Origin: Octopus bimaculoides
Taxonomy: Eukaryota
DNA length: 64,000 bases
Assembly: GCF_001194135.2 (NCBI RefSeq)
Contig: NC_069000.1
Location: forward strand, 47,754,139-47,818,138
Direction: 5' to 3'
Positions within the stretch are counted from its first letter, which is position 1. Each line of letters starts with the position of its first letter. The notes below the pieces were generated by a model that was given only the letters and a program-made list of their open reading frames with translations, was not told the DNA's origin and ran no database searches. The position numbers and the translations under genes are program-made. Of the stretch, positions 1 to 13,523 are shown piece by piece.

Positions 1-472
1 GTGTGAAAATAGCAAATTCCTTATAAATATCAACCTTACTTATTGATTTAATCAGAAATCATAATGGAAAACTTTTATTCTACGTCTGCTTGAAATTTGG
101 TGGGATCGGGGGTCCTGAAATAATACTGCATACCTCACAACACATTCTATCATAATATGGTACCAGGTGTAATGTGGGATAATGGAAGAATGGCAAAGGG
201 TGTGCAACATCTTCGACAGCATGGTTACATGTTTGTTTTCATGATGAGAAGTTGTATGCTTGAATTAATTTAAAATTCCTTAACGAAAACTAATTTTTTT
301 CTACAATATCAACGTTTAACTTTGATCTTAATTTGGTTTTCAAAACTCGTAATACGTGTTTACGTGTTCAATCTTCAAAGAGACATTGTAAACCTAATTT
401 GAGTCAGACTAATGTTTGTCATAGTAAGGTTAGAGTAGCAGCACACCCAATGATAGTAACCACCATACGTCA

Positions 473-509
<37 letters not shown>

Positions 510-1273
510 CTGTGCTGCATCTCTGAGATGCNNNNNNNNNNNNNNNNNNNNNNNNNNNNNNNNNNNNNNNNNNNNNNNNNNNNNNNNNNNNNNNNNNNNN
601 NNNNNNNNNNNNNNNNNNNNNNNNNNNNNNNNNNNNNNNNNNNNNNNNNNNNNNNNNNNNNNNNNNNNNNNNNNNNNNNNNNNNNNNNNNNNNNNNNNNN
701 NNNNNNNNNNNNNNNNNNNNNNNNNNNNNNNNNNNNNNNNNNNNNNNNNNNNNNNNNNNNNNNNNNNNNNNNNNNNNNNNNNNNNNNNNNNNNNNNNNNN
801 NNNNNNNNNNNNNNNNNNNNNNNNNNNNNNNNNNNNNNNNNNNNNNNNNNNNNNNNNNNNNNNNNNNNNNNNNNNNNNNNNNNNNNNNNNNNNNNNNNNN
901 NNNNNNNNNNNNNNNNNNNNNNNNNNNNNNNNNNNNNNNNNNNNNNNNNNNNNNNNNNNNNNNNNNNNNNNNNNNNNNNNNNNNNNNNNNNNNNNNNNNN
1001 NNNNNNNNNNNNNNNNNNNNNNNNNNNNNNNNNNNNNNNNNNNNNNNNNNNNNNNNNNNNNNNNNNNNNNNNNNNNNNNNNNNNNNNNNNNNNNNNNNNN
1101 NNNNNNNNNNNNNNNNNNNNNNNNNNNNNNNNNNNNNNNNNNNNNNNNNNNNNNNNNNNNNNNNNNNNNNNNNNNNNNNNNNNNNNNNNNNNNNNNNNNN
1201 NNNNNNNNNNNNNNNNNNNNNNNNNNNNNNNNNNNNNNNNNNNNNNNNNNNNNNNNNNNNNNNNNNNNNNNNN

Positions 1274-1620
1274 CTCCTTTCGTTTCTCTGCATCGTCGAT
1301 GTTTTCTTCCCATGGTACTGTCAGTTCTAGCAAGATTCCTATTCTCCGTTCTGTATTCCATATGACTAAGTCTGGTCTTTTTGTTGTCTTTATAAGTGGA
1401 AAAATTGCTTGACTTCCCAAATCCGTGGCCAGCTCCCAGTATCCTTTCCATCTTTCGTCTATCTCATATATTTTATTTGGAGGCCTGATCTTATGTCCTT
1501 TTCCCTCCTTCTGGAAGTATATTTTCCTGCGTTTTTCCACTTTGGGGAACTCTCCCCTATTGTATCCCTCGATCTTCTCCTTGAGTGCTGCGCTTATGAC
1601 GCCGAGGACTTGATTATTAG
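1274..1620 (-). mobile_element. RLE-type (R2 superfamily, HERO-like) non-LTR retrotransposon C-terminal fragment
   Basis: Minus-strand translation NNQVLGVISAALKE...KRPDLVIWNTERRIGILLELTVPWEENIDDAEKRKE matches the restriction-like endonuclease signature (PD..ELTVPWEE) typical of HERO-like LINEs; runs into an N-gap. Confidence 0.75.
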
Positions 1621-2058
1621 CACAGAATTAAATGGCTTCTAAACACGTTCCACGCTGCAATTATTGTAGTTATGATTAAAGGGAAACAACTCTACATGTC
1701 TTCAATTCCTGAGCTGAGGCATTCTTGTTCGTGTTATATTATCTCTTATCATTGGAAGCGGGGATGGGGGAAGACTGTTCTTTGCGGTGGAAGAGTCACA
1801 AGATCAGAAGATTACTACTGGACTAGATTCTTGCGTCTGTACAATATTTTGTATCTCTCGATAATAATACGAGTTTGACGCGGTTGTCTGAGAGTGATTT
1901 TAGTCTTCCGTTCTTAAGAAATTGCTAAAATAATTCTAATTGGTTAGGCTAGGGAGAGGAAACCCTTTCAGTAGCAGGGAAGAATAGTGAGGGCTGACGA
2001 ATTTGACCTAAGAAAAAAAAAGGTTCTTTAATATTACGACTCCATTACATCTATAACT

Positions 2059-2185
2059 TGTCCGTCCGTCCGTCCGTCCGTCCGTCCGTCCGTATGTATG
2101 TATGTATGTATGTATGTATGTATGTATGTATGTATGTATGTATGTATGTACGTATGTATGCATGTATGTATGCATGCATGCATAT
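2059..2185. repeat. Compound microsatellite (GTCC)n-(GTAT)n
   Basis: Direct reading of tandem tetranucleotide units. Confidence 0.95.
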
Positions 2186-4392
2186 ACACACGCATATATG
2201 TATGTCCGTATGCATGTCTATTCTATGGTAATTAGTCTATGATACAGCAGAGACTTCGTCATCGGTCATTTTCAAATGTGGTCAAAATTGGTTCTTTTCT
2301 CCAAGGTTACTTGACCCATTAAATCAAATCTTATTTTTTATTTACTGATTTTAATAATCGGACTGGGATCGTTCTGGGGCACCAGCTTTAAGAGTCTGCT
2401 TGATTAACAGGACCTCAGTACTTTACTGCTACATTATTTTATTAACTGCAGGAGGCAACACCTTAATAATTGTGTCAACATAAGAAATTAGAAGTCTTTT
2501 CATTTTAATTAGTCAAGTCATGACATATAATGTAATCAGTGGTTATTTTGAATGACAGAAGACAAGGCGTGTGTGTGTGCTGTGAAGGCAGTGGATCAAT
2601 GATGCTTAGGCAGATGGACTCAGGACTGTTCTTTTTTAATGACTGTATGAGGAAGGAAGTAGGGGATCTTTTCTCTATTGATTGTTTTTACAACTTTTAA
2701 ATATATTTTCAACATTAATTTCAAACATAGTTTTTGTATGACAAATAGAGTTTTAAGAATCTCGCCTGGGAATCACATTAAAAAGATGTAGCAATATAAA
2801 AGTCATGTTCCTTCAGAGTATGATTGATATTAGCTTCAAGTTATATCCGTAAATACCAGCAGCACCACCACCATCACCACTGCTGTCACAGGCTTCCATC
2901 ATCACCACTGCCACCACCACCAAAAATAATATTGCGAGAGGACATGAAGGTACTCTGAGTATCCAGCTGTTCCATGTGAACTGATGGAAGTTGGACTGAC
3001 TGAGTTAAATAGAATGTCAGAGGGAAAAAAAAGCAAACAAACAAAAAATCACTCATCATATGTTCAGAAAGTTGTGAGTGAGTAGATAGAGTTAGGCCAG
3101 TGAGAGAGTGGAAACAACATCGACAGTAATGGTAGGCTCTGTTGTATCTGTGACAGTTATATCAGATCCCACCTAGAAGCTTTTGTCTTTACTGTCCAGA
3201 AACAAGAGACAGCTGAAGGATATGAGATTAATCAATGTTTTAAAAATATCTTCCAATCCCAGTATTCTTGGTTTTTCCAACAGTGTACTTCATTCCAATC
3301 TGTACTCACTTCAAGATGTATAATTCTGTGTTGAAGTACAAAGAGCTACAAAATATGTACACATAGACCAGCAGAATATCAACTGATTAATGGAGTAAAA
3401 TATATTCTAAAGAAAACGTAAAATATATTATGATTTTGACATTGGTAAAGTAAGAATGACTGGGCGTGTGTAGTGGGAACGAGGGCTCCAAATGGGGGGA
3501 GAAATCAGTAGAAAATCAGTCATTGTTAGTTTTCCACTAAACTGAAGAAAGTAAAAGAAAATGTAGCAGTTGTGGTGGTGAGCAACAGTTGGAACACCCC
3601 TCACCGGCCATTATACATACACACACGCACACACACACACCTAGAGAATTGTTGCCCTTCCCTGCCAATATATATGTGTGTGTGTGTGTGTGTGTATTTT
3701 ATATATGTATGCATGTATTTATATATATATGTTTTTATGTATGTATATGTGTTTATGTATTGTCAGATTGTCAGAGATAATGCCCAGCTATGCCAATGTG
3801 TGTGTGTGAATGTCTGTCTGTATGCCTATGTATCCTCAGAGAGATACTGCTCTGCCCCCCCCCCCCCAATAAGTAAAAGCAAATGAGTGATGCCAAAACA
3901 ATGCAAATTACATATAAAAGATATGAATAAAAAAACCGAAAGTAAACATAATTGAAATGATTTTGCCAAATTTGGTTTCTGTGATGGAGATTGAGGGTTT
4001 AATTAGATGTCAGGTCACTGTAAAGGATGAAGACTGAGTGAATAGAGAATAAAACTTGCAGATGTCTTACAGTTGGCCTTTGTGTGTTGGAAACCAGGTA
4101 GAACAAACCCCCACCCCACCCCATCACCACCCAACCACCGATAATAACTATTATGATGATGATGATGATGATGTTGCAGAAAGAGCCAATTAAACAGCAA
4201 GAAACAAATAGTTGATCATTTTACGTTATTTTTAGATGAAGAATGCTGCCAGTCTTTGAGAAACAATGTTAACATTTATAGAGTCAGCTCACTTTAGCAC
4301 CTGGCTTTGCAATAGTGCTTGCGTTAATCGTTAATCGGGATTGTCGATTAACCCTCACTCACTGTAACTCATTGTTTGTTAGTAGGTTGTTG

Positions 4393-4425
<33 letters not shown>

Positions 4426-4437
4426 TAGTTTTGCTCT

Positions 4438-4476
<39 letters not shown>

Positions 4477-4604
4477 GCACACAGAAACAATACAAACAGC
4501 CTGCCACCACACCCACACCCACACAGCGTTCCATATTCTAGAAATGCTTGCTTTAGTCTATCAAAGCCCTGACACCAATTCTTTCACAAGAAGTTCAACT
4601 TCGA

Positions 4605-4935
4605 CTTCAGATTTTTAAACAAGACCATGCACAGAGAAAAGGTTGACAAATATGGAGACCTGAGAAATGAGATCGCTAAGATGTGGCAGCTATGATAGTC
4701 TCAAACATAAAGGTTATCCCTATTGTCATTGGAGGATTGGGTTCAATACCACCCAATCTGGAAAAGCATCTGAAAACCTTAGAAATACTCTACAATCTAG
4801 GTATATTGCAAAAGTCTTGGAACTGTACGCATATTGCATGAAGTAGTCTGTCTGTCTGTCTGTCTGTCTGAGATCCTTGTTGTGACTTGATAAACAGTAC
4901 AAACCTCCTCATGGTATTGTATACTGTGTGATGCC

Positions 4936-4980
<45 letters not shown>
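4605..4980 (+). mobile_element. R4/Dong-like LINE 3' fragment ending in (TAA)n
   Basis: Frameshifted EKVDKYGDLRNEIAKMW..IKVIPIVIGGLGSIPPNLEKHL..LGILQK, the C-terminal RLE region; followed by a short 3' UTR and a (TAA)n array at about 4938-4978. Confidence 0.8.
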
Positions 4981-5589
4981 CAGAACAAGAAGGAAAAATA
5001 TTGTCTGCAAACAACTTGATATTCTATTTCTGTTGGTAATTAGAATATTGATCTTTGGTAGGAATTGATTGCAGAATAAACTTTTGTGAAGCTCAGCTTT
5101 CATACTTATATCGGTAAAGTAACATTCTAGCACAGAGATTTCTCACAAATCTAACCTAGTTTATGATTTTGATATCATAGTAATTATATATTCATATATG
5201 CATGTGTGTGCGTCTATGTTTGTAAATGTGAGTGTGTATATGCATTAATGTATATATTAAAGTATTGTACGATAAGTGTGTATAGACAAACAAAAGAAAA
5301 AAGAAAAGAAGAACCCAATGTTTGTTGAGCAACCATTGTTTGCTCTTGTCTGTTATTGCTTTGTTCCATTTGTAATCTCTGGTATATATTGGTTCCCAAA
5401 ATGAGTGTTTACCAAGAATAACTAACAAGGAATCAATAGAAGTGAGCCACAATAAAGGAAATAAGGGTTTCTTTCTGAATTCTGATAGTCTGAAAGAGAA
5501 GAGACTAAGGAATTTTGACAAGAGCATTAGTATTTTGAATTAAAAAAAAACTCCAATCAAGAAATGAATAGGAATCCATGCTTGATAGA

Positions 5590-5880
5590 ACTTACACCTG
5601 AATGTGAAGAGCAGTCTTAAACAGATCTTAAAAATCTCAACCCACCAAGAAACAGCTGTATGGAGATCTGTCTGTTTCCACTTGCACATTGCAAGAAATT
5701 GCTGGTGAGCTGAACAAGAGCTGACAAGTGACCTACTCTTATGGATGCCAAAGCATAGCTGTACTCAAGCAGGTCATCTGAACACAATGTATTTAGATTA
5801 ACTCACCAGACACACTGGATGCCTCTCTGAAGAACTTACTCAACTAATGCAGGACCAAGACGGATGGATGATGGTGTGTA
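5590..5880 (+). mobile_element. Degenerate RTE/RTEX-like LINE 3' fragment
   Basis: Broken translation HPTKKQLYG...DLLLWMPKH...TGCL.EEL..LMQDQDGW resembles the C-terminus of RTE-group ORF2. Confidence 0.55.
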
Positions 5881-6030
5881 TGGGTTAAAAATGTCCAGGC
5901 AAGCTTGACCATGTAATGATGAATCAAGAAATAGAGAGTAGAGCACTCTACCACTCAACAAGTTATGTCTATATAAGGTTACAGATTCTCTTCACATGAT
6001 GACAATATAATTGAAAAATAGTTAATGTAC

Positions 6031-6236
6031 TGTTGTATAGTGAAACTGTATACCCCTCCTGGTAAAAAGTGGTAGCAGCCAGCCATTATAAATAGACCAA
6101 TATCTGGTCATCAAGAGAGAGTCCAAAGTCAAAGAGTTGAGAGTCAACAGTTCTAGTTGGTGTCTTGTGGAGCTATCAGCGACAGTAAGACAGGAGAAGT
6201 TAGTGTATTACTATTCTGGTACAAAGAGATACAACA
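6031..6236 (+). mobile_element. LTR of a Ty3/gypsy element
   Basis: Begins TGTTGTAT and ends ATACAACA (perfect 8-bp terminal inverted repeat), has internal TATAAATA at about 6087, and lies immediately upstream of gag-like sequence. Confidence 0.7.
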
Positions 6237-6419
6237 GCATCTGATGACTAGTAACTATTGTGGCTAAACAACAAAAACAGCAACTACAGTACAATGGCAG
6301 TCACACAACACCACACCAGTGGGAGGAACGCACTTGACAACAGTGGTAATGAGCTAAAACACATTTATGCAGAGTGAAAAAAGGAAAACAGTCACACAGC
6401 AGAGTGTTTAAACTAATTC

Positions 6420-7400
6420 ATATGGAAAATTTAAAAAGCTCAACAAAAAAGAAACAAAAATCTTGTGCAAACTTATGAAAATCATAAAATATGGAAGACT
6501 TATTAGCTGGGGGGGGGGGGAGTAGTTGAGTTGCAAAAACAGCAACAGCAGCAACTCAAGGAACAACAAAGATTGCAGCAGCAATGTTATAACTAATGAA
6601 GTTGATAACCAAACTGGAGAATACATTTTCACTTGACCATGTAGCAAATTCAAATATGACCCCAAAGAAGGAGTAGCCTTCAAGGCTTACTTTTGAAGAT
6701 TTGAACTAATTTTTGAAAAAGAATGTCAGGATTAGATGAACAAAATGAAAATGCATCTAGAAAACGCATTTAAGGAAACTAGCGACAGCAGAGCATGAGA
6801 ACTATAGTAACTTCATATTGCCAAAAAAAGTGTCTGACATAAATTTCACTGACACAGTTGACATTTTGTGCAAAATGTTTAGTGAAAAGAGCTCACTGTT
6901 TTAATATGAGATGGAAATGTTTAAACATAGAAAAGAGTGAAGATGAAGATTTCACTACTTACACAGGTAGAGTCAACAAAAAATGTGAGGGGTTTAGGCT
7001 GGATATACTTACTCCAGATTCTTTCAAGTGTTTGATTTTTGCACAAGGATTGACAGATAAAAGTGATGCAGAAATCTGAATGAAAATTCTAGCAAAACTG
7101 GAAATGAACCAGGATTTGACATTGCAGAAACTGTAGAAAGACTGTGACATGATATTAAAACTAAGGTATGACATGGAAGAAATTCAACGGAAACAGTGTT
7201 TTCACATAAGACCAGTGCAAAAAAAAGCCAGAAGACAAATAAAGTGTTGCAAGAAAAACAGAAAAAATATTGGGACGTAGAACCATGTGTGGCATGTAGT
7301 GGGGTGTGGCTGAAAAAGATTGTCCATATAAAAATGCAAAACAATGGGTTAACTAGGTTAAGCTTTATTTGTGAAATATAGTAGTTTTGAATTTGCAGTA
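6420..7400 (+). mobile_element. Ty3/gypsy gag pseudogene (K02A2.6-like), truncated
   Basis: Stop/frameshift-broken FTDTVDILCKMFSEKSSLFNMRWKCLNIEKSEDEDFTTYTGRVNKKCEGFRLDILTPDSFKCLIFAQGLTDKSDAEI*MKILAKLEMNQDLTLQKL is typical of invertebrate gypsy Gag. Confidence 0.8.
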
Positions 7401-9548
7401 GCAAGGGTTTTATGTTTATAGTGGGGGTGCTAGGCATGTGGTCTGGGAACCAAAGTGGCAGCAGTCTAAAAAAGTTTGGGGACCATTAATCTATATTATG
7501 TGTACTTGACCACCCGAAACAGAAAACTGTGCCACTGTACAGTTCATTTAGCTCTCTTAAAATAGCAGCCAAATCCTAAAAAGGGTTAAGGCATATTAGA
7601 TTATGCAATTCTAGAGATCCTTAAGTGATAGGTTGGTCACGATTGGACCATCTTTGATTATAGATCTGCTTGATGAGGAATGACTTGTAGCTAAACAGCA
7701 GCAACAATAACATTAGAAACTTACCATCTTTTGCCAATGATTTAAACAGATACAAGTGTATTAAAGCAGTTTTGAAATCTTCCAATAAATCTGCTGGAAT
7801 TAAAGCTGTTCCATACCATGACCACCACCCCCTACTGTGGCTACAACTATTGCAACAATGGCACTGAACCAACCATGCTGATTTCATGATTAAAACTCTT
7901 TTTCCTTGCTGTTTTCTTCTGATGTTCATCAAGAAATCAATGAATTTAAAACCAGAAGATCAATGAAAGAACTTCTGTAGAATTCTTAGCTGGAATTAAA
8001 GAAACTTGTAGATTAATATTATCATGTCAGTGCTATTTTCACAAGATTCTACAGACATAACAGAGGCAGAACATGGAAGATTCTACAGATACATAACTGG
8101 AACATGGTTCTGGCCAGTTTATAGTTGCTGTTGTTTTATTACAGGCTTGGAAATAGAGAAAAAGAGCCTACACTTTACTTGTCTTGGGGCACAATCAATT
8201 TAGAAACGTTTCTGGTATTTATCTATTGTGTCTAAACAAGATATTTGTTTAGTCTATACACTGGATATTATAACACTATAGTCTAATTTTAGACATTATA
8301 ACAGTTATAATATCTGTGTTATAATGTGTTACTACTACTACTACTACTGTGCTACTACATTTATATATTTGATATGGCACCAAATGAATAAATCAATAAG
8401 ACTACAAAGAAGTTAAGTTTATGAAAGATAAATATTAGCACTATAGTTTATTCCCAATGTCTAATTGATGTCTTAAAGCCTTCAGCAATCTCGCTTAGGT
8501 AAGTTACAGGTAATGAATGGAATATTTCTAGATTTTCTACAATTCTCATATTTCTTCTGCTATTATATGACTCAGAGTCTGTTTTATGAAAAAAGAAATC
8601 ATGTAGAATCAGAAGGGAAGAAAAGCAGTTTTTTTTAGTTACGTGTCAGAAACATTAAGCGCTTCAATGACGTTTGGTTTGGAGAGAATATTTAGACAGA
8701 AATTAACTAAACTTTGCAATGATCTTGTTGTATGCACACAATATATTGCCCAACATAGAACAAGTTTGGTCCCTCCTCAACCCCTGATGATTTCTAATGG
8801 TGATGCCACAGGCAGGGAATTAATTGCTCAACCCTTTCTTCTTTGGGCGTCAAAACAACATTTCAGCACCCATCACTCGCTTCTGTAGTGTTTATACACA
8901 AGTTTCATTTTACAACAACCGCAATCTACATTGGATGTTATAATACTTGTATATTAGATGTTATAACACTATACATATGTATATCAGAGAGAGAGAGAGG
9001 GGGGGGCAACTCATTTTTTTTATATATTAAAAATAATATAACAAACTATAGAGAAGTGAGCAAGCAGAAAAATAAAGTAGGTGGTTACCAGAGAGAAAAT
9101 CCTTTATTTCCATAACAATAGAAAAAAGTATTTGGAAATCTGCTATATAAATGTAGGCTATATATGTAACTGTTATGATAGAGTACATTTTGGCTACATG
9201 TTAACTACATGTTGACTCCATTAAGTTTCCTTTTCTCCAGAATCTGTCCTGCTGTCAAAGTTTAGAAATCCTTATTTCTCATTTGAAATGTGTCAGTATG
9301 GCAGAAATAACAGAGCAATGGTCTATACGTCTTATAGTACTTCGTTTTGGTTCTCTGTCTTGAATTTAATCCCATTTCATAGGGGCTGAAACTGTCTTTC
9401 CTCATTTGTGGTTGGGTGGTGGTCAGTACAGTGAGTAAGGACATAGTCTGCTGTGAATTCAACCCATTCAACCCTTACTTATACTCCTACGTTCCTAAAC
9501 TTCTCTGCAACAGCTTTCAGGTTGCATGTGAATTTCAATATGCCATGT

Positions 9549-9588
<40 letters not shown>

Positions 9589-9614
9589 CATCATCATAAT
9601 CATCATAATAATAA

Positions 9615-9748
9615 TTAATCTTTTCTTCTATAGGCACAAAGCCTGAAATTTTAGCGGGGTTAGGTGATTACATTGACCCCAGTGTTCAAGTGATACTTGT
9701 TTTATTGACTGCAAAATGATAAAAGGCGAAGTCGACTTAGGCAGAATT
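9615..9748 (-). mobile_element. tRNA-derived SINE, partial
   Basis: Matches the 3' half of the fuller SINE copies at 25470 and 62788 (taggcacaa.gcctgaaattt...gacccc...aaaggc.aagtcgac). Confidence 0.75.
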
Positions 9749-10419
9749 ATTATTATAACAACAACAACACTGCCACCGCCATCACCACTACCACCAAGAA
9801 CAACAACAACAACAATGTTATAAACATTTCTTTTCTCTCCACATTATACATGTTGAGGATATTTCAAGATTTAGAATTATCTATCAAGCATCAAAAATAT
9901 TATCTTAATTAATTCTGACAATTACTACTAATTAATGGAAATAAGCCAATCCTTAACCAAACAAAATATTTCAATGATTTTATTTTCATTGCTGGAACTT
10001 GTAATTAATTAAATATAGGACAAAAATCTGCATAAATACTTTCTTCTTAGACTTCTTGAGATGTACCAACAGGTTTTAACACAGCATCACTCAAGGCAAT
10101 CAAATGATGGGTTTTAGTTGTTAATTGTTGGCTCAAAGTCAATGACACAGCTTCATTCAATTTTCTTCTGAGTATGTGTTTCTTATTGGTAGATTGGAAA
10201 CTAGTTTTAATGCTAAGGAGTATGGTTAACTAGATCAACCCTGTGATGTTATTTGTTTCTATGCAATCAACTTTGAAAGAATGAACTTTTACTTTTATAA
10301 GTAAAATCTGAAATAAGAAATGCAAGTGAACCAAAGTAAATATTAGTCACATTTAACCCAAAGTTTCATAATCTCACCTCCAGGTTTAATTTTATATCTT
10401 ATTAGAGAACTGTTAACTC

Positions 10420-11180
10420 CTTTAAAACAATATAGATAGCTATTCAAGCTTCCTAGTGGACTCTGCTTATTAGTGGGACATCACCGAGACAAGTAGAAAA
10501 GTTTAAGTGTCTTGGGACTGTATTGAAGAGTAACGGGAAGCAGGAAACTGAATTATATTCTGAAATTGCAGGTGCTGGTACAGTAGGTACTATGGGGAGG
10601 TACAACCTACTATAGTAAGTAGTTGCAACACTAATTAAATAAAGATTGTTTCAATAAGTAAAACACTGAGTTCAAACCCCACCACAGCTTTAAATGTGTG
10701 TGTGTGATGGTGATATTACATTAATGTTGCCCTTTAAAAAAAAATGAACTTCTCAATACCCTTATCCTGCTTTCTTCTGCTGTTAGAATTGTTAACCAAC
10801 TGCAGAGAGATTCTTCAAGTCAAGTGATGGGTATTATTTTACTTGTTGAACTTTATTAATCTTTCACAGATTCAGAACACAACAGAAGCATTATGGCTTA
10901 ATTCTTTGGACGTATCTCAGCATCGTCACCCTGATATCAAACACTTTTCTGTCTCAGCCACTTCCATAATACTTCTTTTCCTAAATTCTCTTCCATCTCT
11001 TCACTGATCTTAGCAGTTTCTCTCCTGATTAACTATTTTCTTGATGAGTCATTGTACAAAATATTTACCATCAAGTGTTGTCTATATTCAATTTCTTTGG
11101 TCCTCAGAGAATTATATGTGCCATTCTTGTCATTTGTTTATAAAGTCAAGACCAACTTAACTCTGTCTAACCTTTACTTT
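10420..11180. mobile_element. Highly degenerate RTE-like LINE fragments (both orientations)
   Basis: Plus strand QVEKFKCLGTVLKSNGKQETEL (RT C-terminal motif) at about 10490-10570; minus-strand YRPIT-like RT N-terminal remnants at about 10760-11000. Confidence 0.5.
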
Positions 11181-12180
11181 CAAATCATGTATTAAACTTA
11201 CATTACATAAAGACATTTTTTAAATACACACTTCTGGAGAAATGACAAACATTTGACAGGTAATCAACCCTTTACAGGTAATCAATGAAAATCTATAATA
11301 TCAGGCTACAGGTACACAATAACAGACACAAACTCGTCCTTCCATCAACCCCAACACTTCCTCCATCTTCCTCTCTGATGTTGCTCAACAGTTTGCTTGG
11401 TTTTCTTATGTTTCTTTTACCAGGGTTTTTATCATATGATGATGATGATATTCAATAGGGGTGTGTGGGAGATTATATTCATTAATGAAGTTACTTCATT
11501 TTCCATCTTTTACACACAACTGCTTAGTTGGCTGTCTTTCCTAACCCGATCTCTCAATATTCTCACCTTAGAAGGTAAAAACAATTTTCTAGCCATCATT
11601 TACATCCAATGAGTACATTTTAAGACTGGAACCCCAACAGAGTGCAGATGCAATTACTATGGCACTTACAACAAATTTTCTAATTTTTCCAAATCATGTC
11701 TGACATTTATTTCTTTCATCTTGCACTTTCCATTAAATACAATATATTTTTAACAAAATCATCCTTCCATATACAATTATGGTGCTTCAGCTGCTGCTGC
11801 TGATGATGATGATGATCATCAGCATCAATATTATTGACTTTTTTCATGGATTTATTTTATTGTACCTGTGGTTACTTTGGTGTTATTTTTGTTGTTATAT
11901 AGACGTACAATGAAAGTTGTGCTATAATATTGAGAGGGGATTGTGTAAAATCTCAGTTATATGTTGTGTGCATTAAGCTGTACCACTGAACTGTGGGATG
12001 TGTTCTGTGTCTACCAGAGGTATATTTTGGACTCTGTGCTCTGGTTTACTTTGTAGTCATCTTTATTTCAATTTCAAAATCCTTCACCTTGACAGCTTTT
12101 CAGCTTCTTTCCAGGCAGTGGTTTTGTCAGAAGGGATTGAGATGCTTATCAGAACAATGATCCTTGATAGTTATACTCTA

Positions 12181-12211
<31 letters not shown>

Positions 12212-12214
12212 CAT

Positions 12215-12690
12215 TTTTATTCATATTCTTTTTTTCTTTCCTTTCTTCTTCAAATTATCAATATTAAGTTTCAACCCTTCCTACAGCTCAGAGACGTTAC
12301 ACTTTCCTCAACACATGTGCTGTTTCCAAATATTGCTGCTAACTGTGTATTTCCTATGAAGTTTGATATTTGCAGCTTTTCATGCCAGAATAATGCTTTC
12401 TTTGAGACGGTCCCAAATGCACCAGTCACGATAGGATCACACTCACTTTCCAGGCTCTGTGGATGTATTCCACTTCCAATGATGGGTCTCAGTACTCTTC
12501 TGGACTTTCTCAATGTCTGTCTTCCCACTATTCTGGTCTGCAGGTATGGCTATGTTGATGAAGATCCATTCTTTGGATTCCTTCTGTAAGACAGTGATAT
12601 CTAGTTGGTTATGTTGCAGCTTTTTATCTGTGTAGATTGGCACATCCTATGTGAGATTCACCCAATCATTCTCTGTTACTGGCAAACGTA
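12215..12690 (-). mobile_element. R4/Dong-like LINE 3' fragment
   Basis: VPIYTDKKLQHNQLDITVLQKESKEWIFINIAIPADQN..EK...PIVTGAFGTVSK; (TTA)n arrays on both sides (about 12182-12211 and 12698-12727). Confidence 0.8.
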
Positions 12691-12698
12691 TTTTGTAC

Positions 12699-12724
<26 letters not shown>

Positions 12725-12730
<6 letters not shown>

Positions 12731-13079
12731 TCTGCCTCAGCAAAGGCAGAGGTATTGTTTTCAGTCGTGTTTTCAGACAAGATATCTCAAGAACTGCTGG
12801 AGGGATTCGGATAAAATTTTCAGGGATGTTTGGCCTTGTGACTGGCATGAAGTGATTAGATTTTGGGATCAATCTGGTACCGGACAAGGATTCTGGATTA
12901 TTTTTCCTGTTTGTTTGCTTAATTTTTGAGAGTGGTCGGGTTCATTTTTAGTATTCTCGTTTGTGAGAGCAATCGAGTTTATTTCAGATATTCTCATTTT
13001 AAAAATCATCCCTGGTTAATCATTGAGAGGATGTTGGTGTTGCCTTGGTAGAGGTTTGCACTCTCTGAGTGCTCTTGTT
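12725..13079 (+). mobile_element. Helentron-associated non-autonomous element (HINE/DINE-1-like)
   Basis: 5' TACCTCTGCC (12727-36) with inverted GGCAGAGGTA (12745-54); 3' subterminal GGTAGAGGT (13047-55) followed by stem-loop GCACTC-tct-GAGTGC (13058-72); inserted in T-rich sequence. Confidence 0.75.
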
Positions 13080-13080
13080 A

Positions 13081-13123
<43 letters not shown>

Positions 13124-13199
13124 TATTATCATTATTATTACTATTATTATCATTATTATTACTATTATTATTTCATATAACCCAACAGATTAAACTGTT

Positions 13200-13523
13200 G
13201 GAAAGAAAGATTCCTAAAATCAGGTTACAACAAGTAACCTTAGATGCTAAGAATCTTAAATGTTCCTAATAACACTGTTTTCTGGAGTTGCACTAAACTA
13301 GGTTTTATGCCTATTTCCTCTATCCATCTGTTCAAATCCTTAAGGATAATTCCTAATGCACTTATAATCACAGGAATACATTTTTTCATCTGGACTTTCT
13401 ATAAATAATTTAACTCAATGGCTAGGTCCTGGTACTTTGCTATTTTCTCTATACCTCTCATATTGATTTTCTCATCATTTGGAACTCTAAAGTCAATTAT
13501 CTGATACTTTCTATTCTCTTTGT

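Noticed and set aside
5640-5665. A third GAAACAGCTGTA motif
   Set aside because: It has no upstream CUGANGA and lies in LINE coding sequence (KKQLYG). It shows this 12-mer can occur by chance, so only the full two-block motifs were kept.
8293-8327. 11-bp AT-rich inverted repeat
   Set aside because: It is expected by chance at this base composition.
9384-9431. Plus-strand 48-nt AG...GT segment (AETVFPHLWLGGGQY, vaguely phosphatase-like)
   Set aside because: It is too short, and no partner exons were found.
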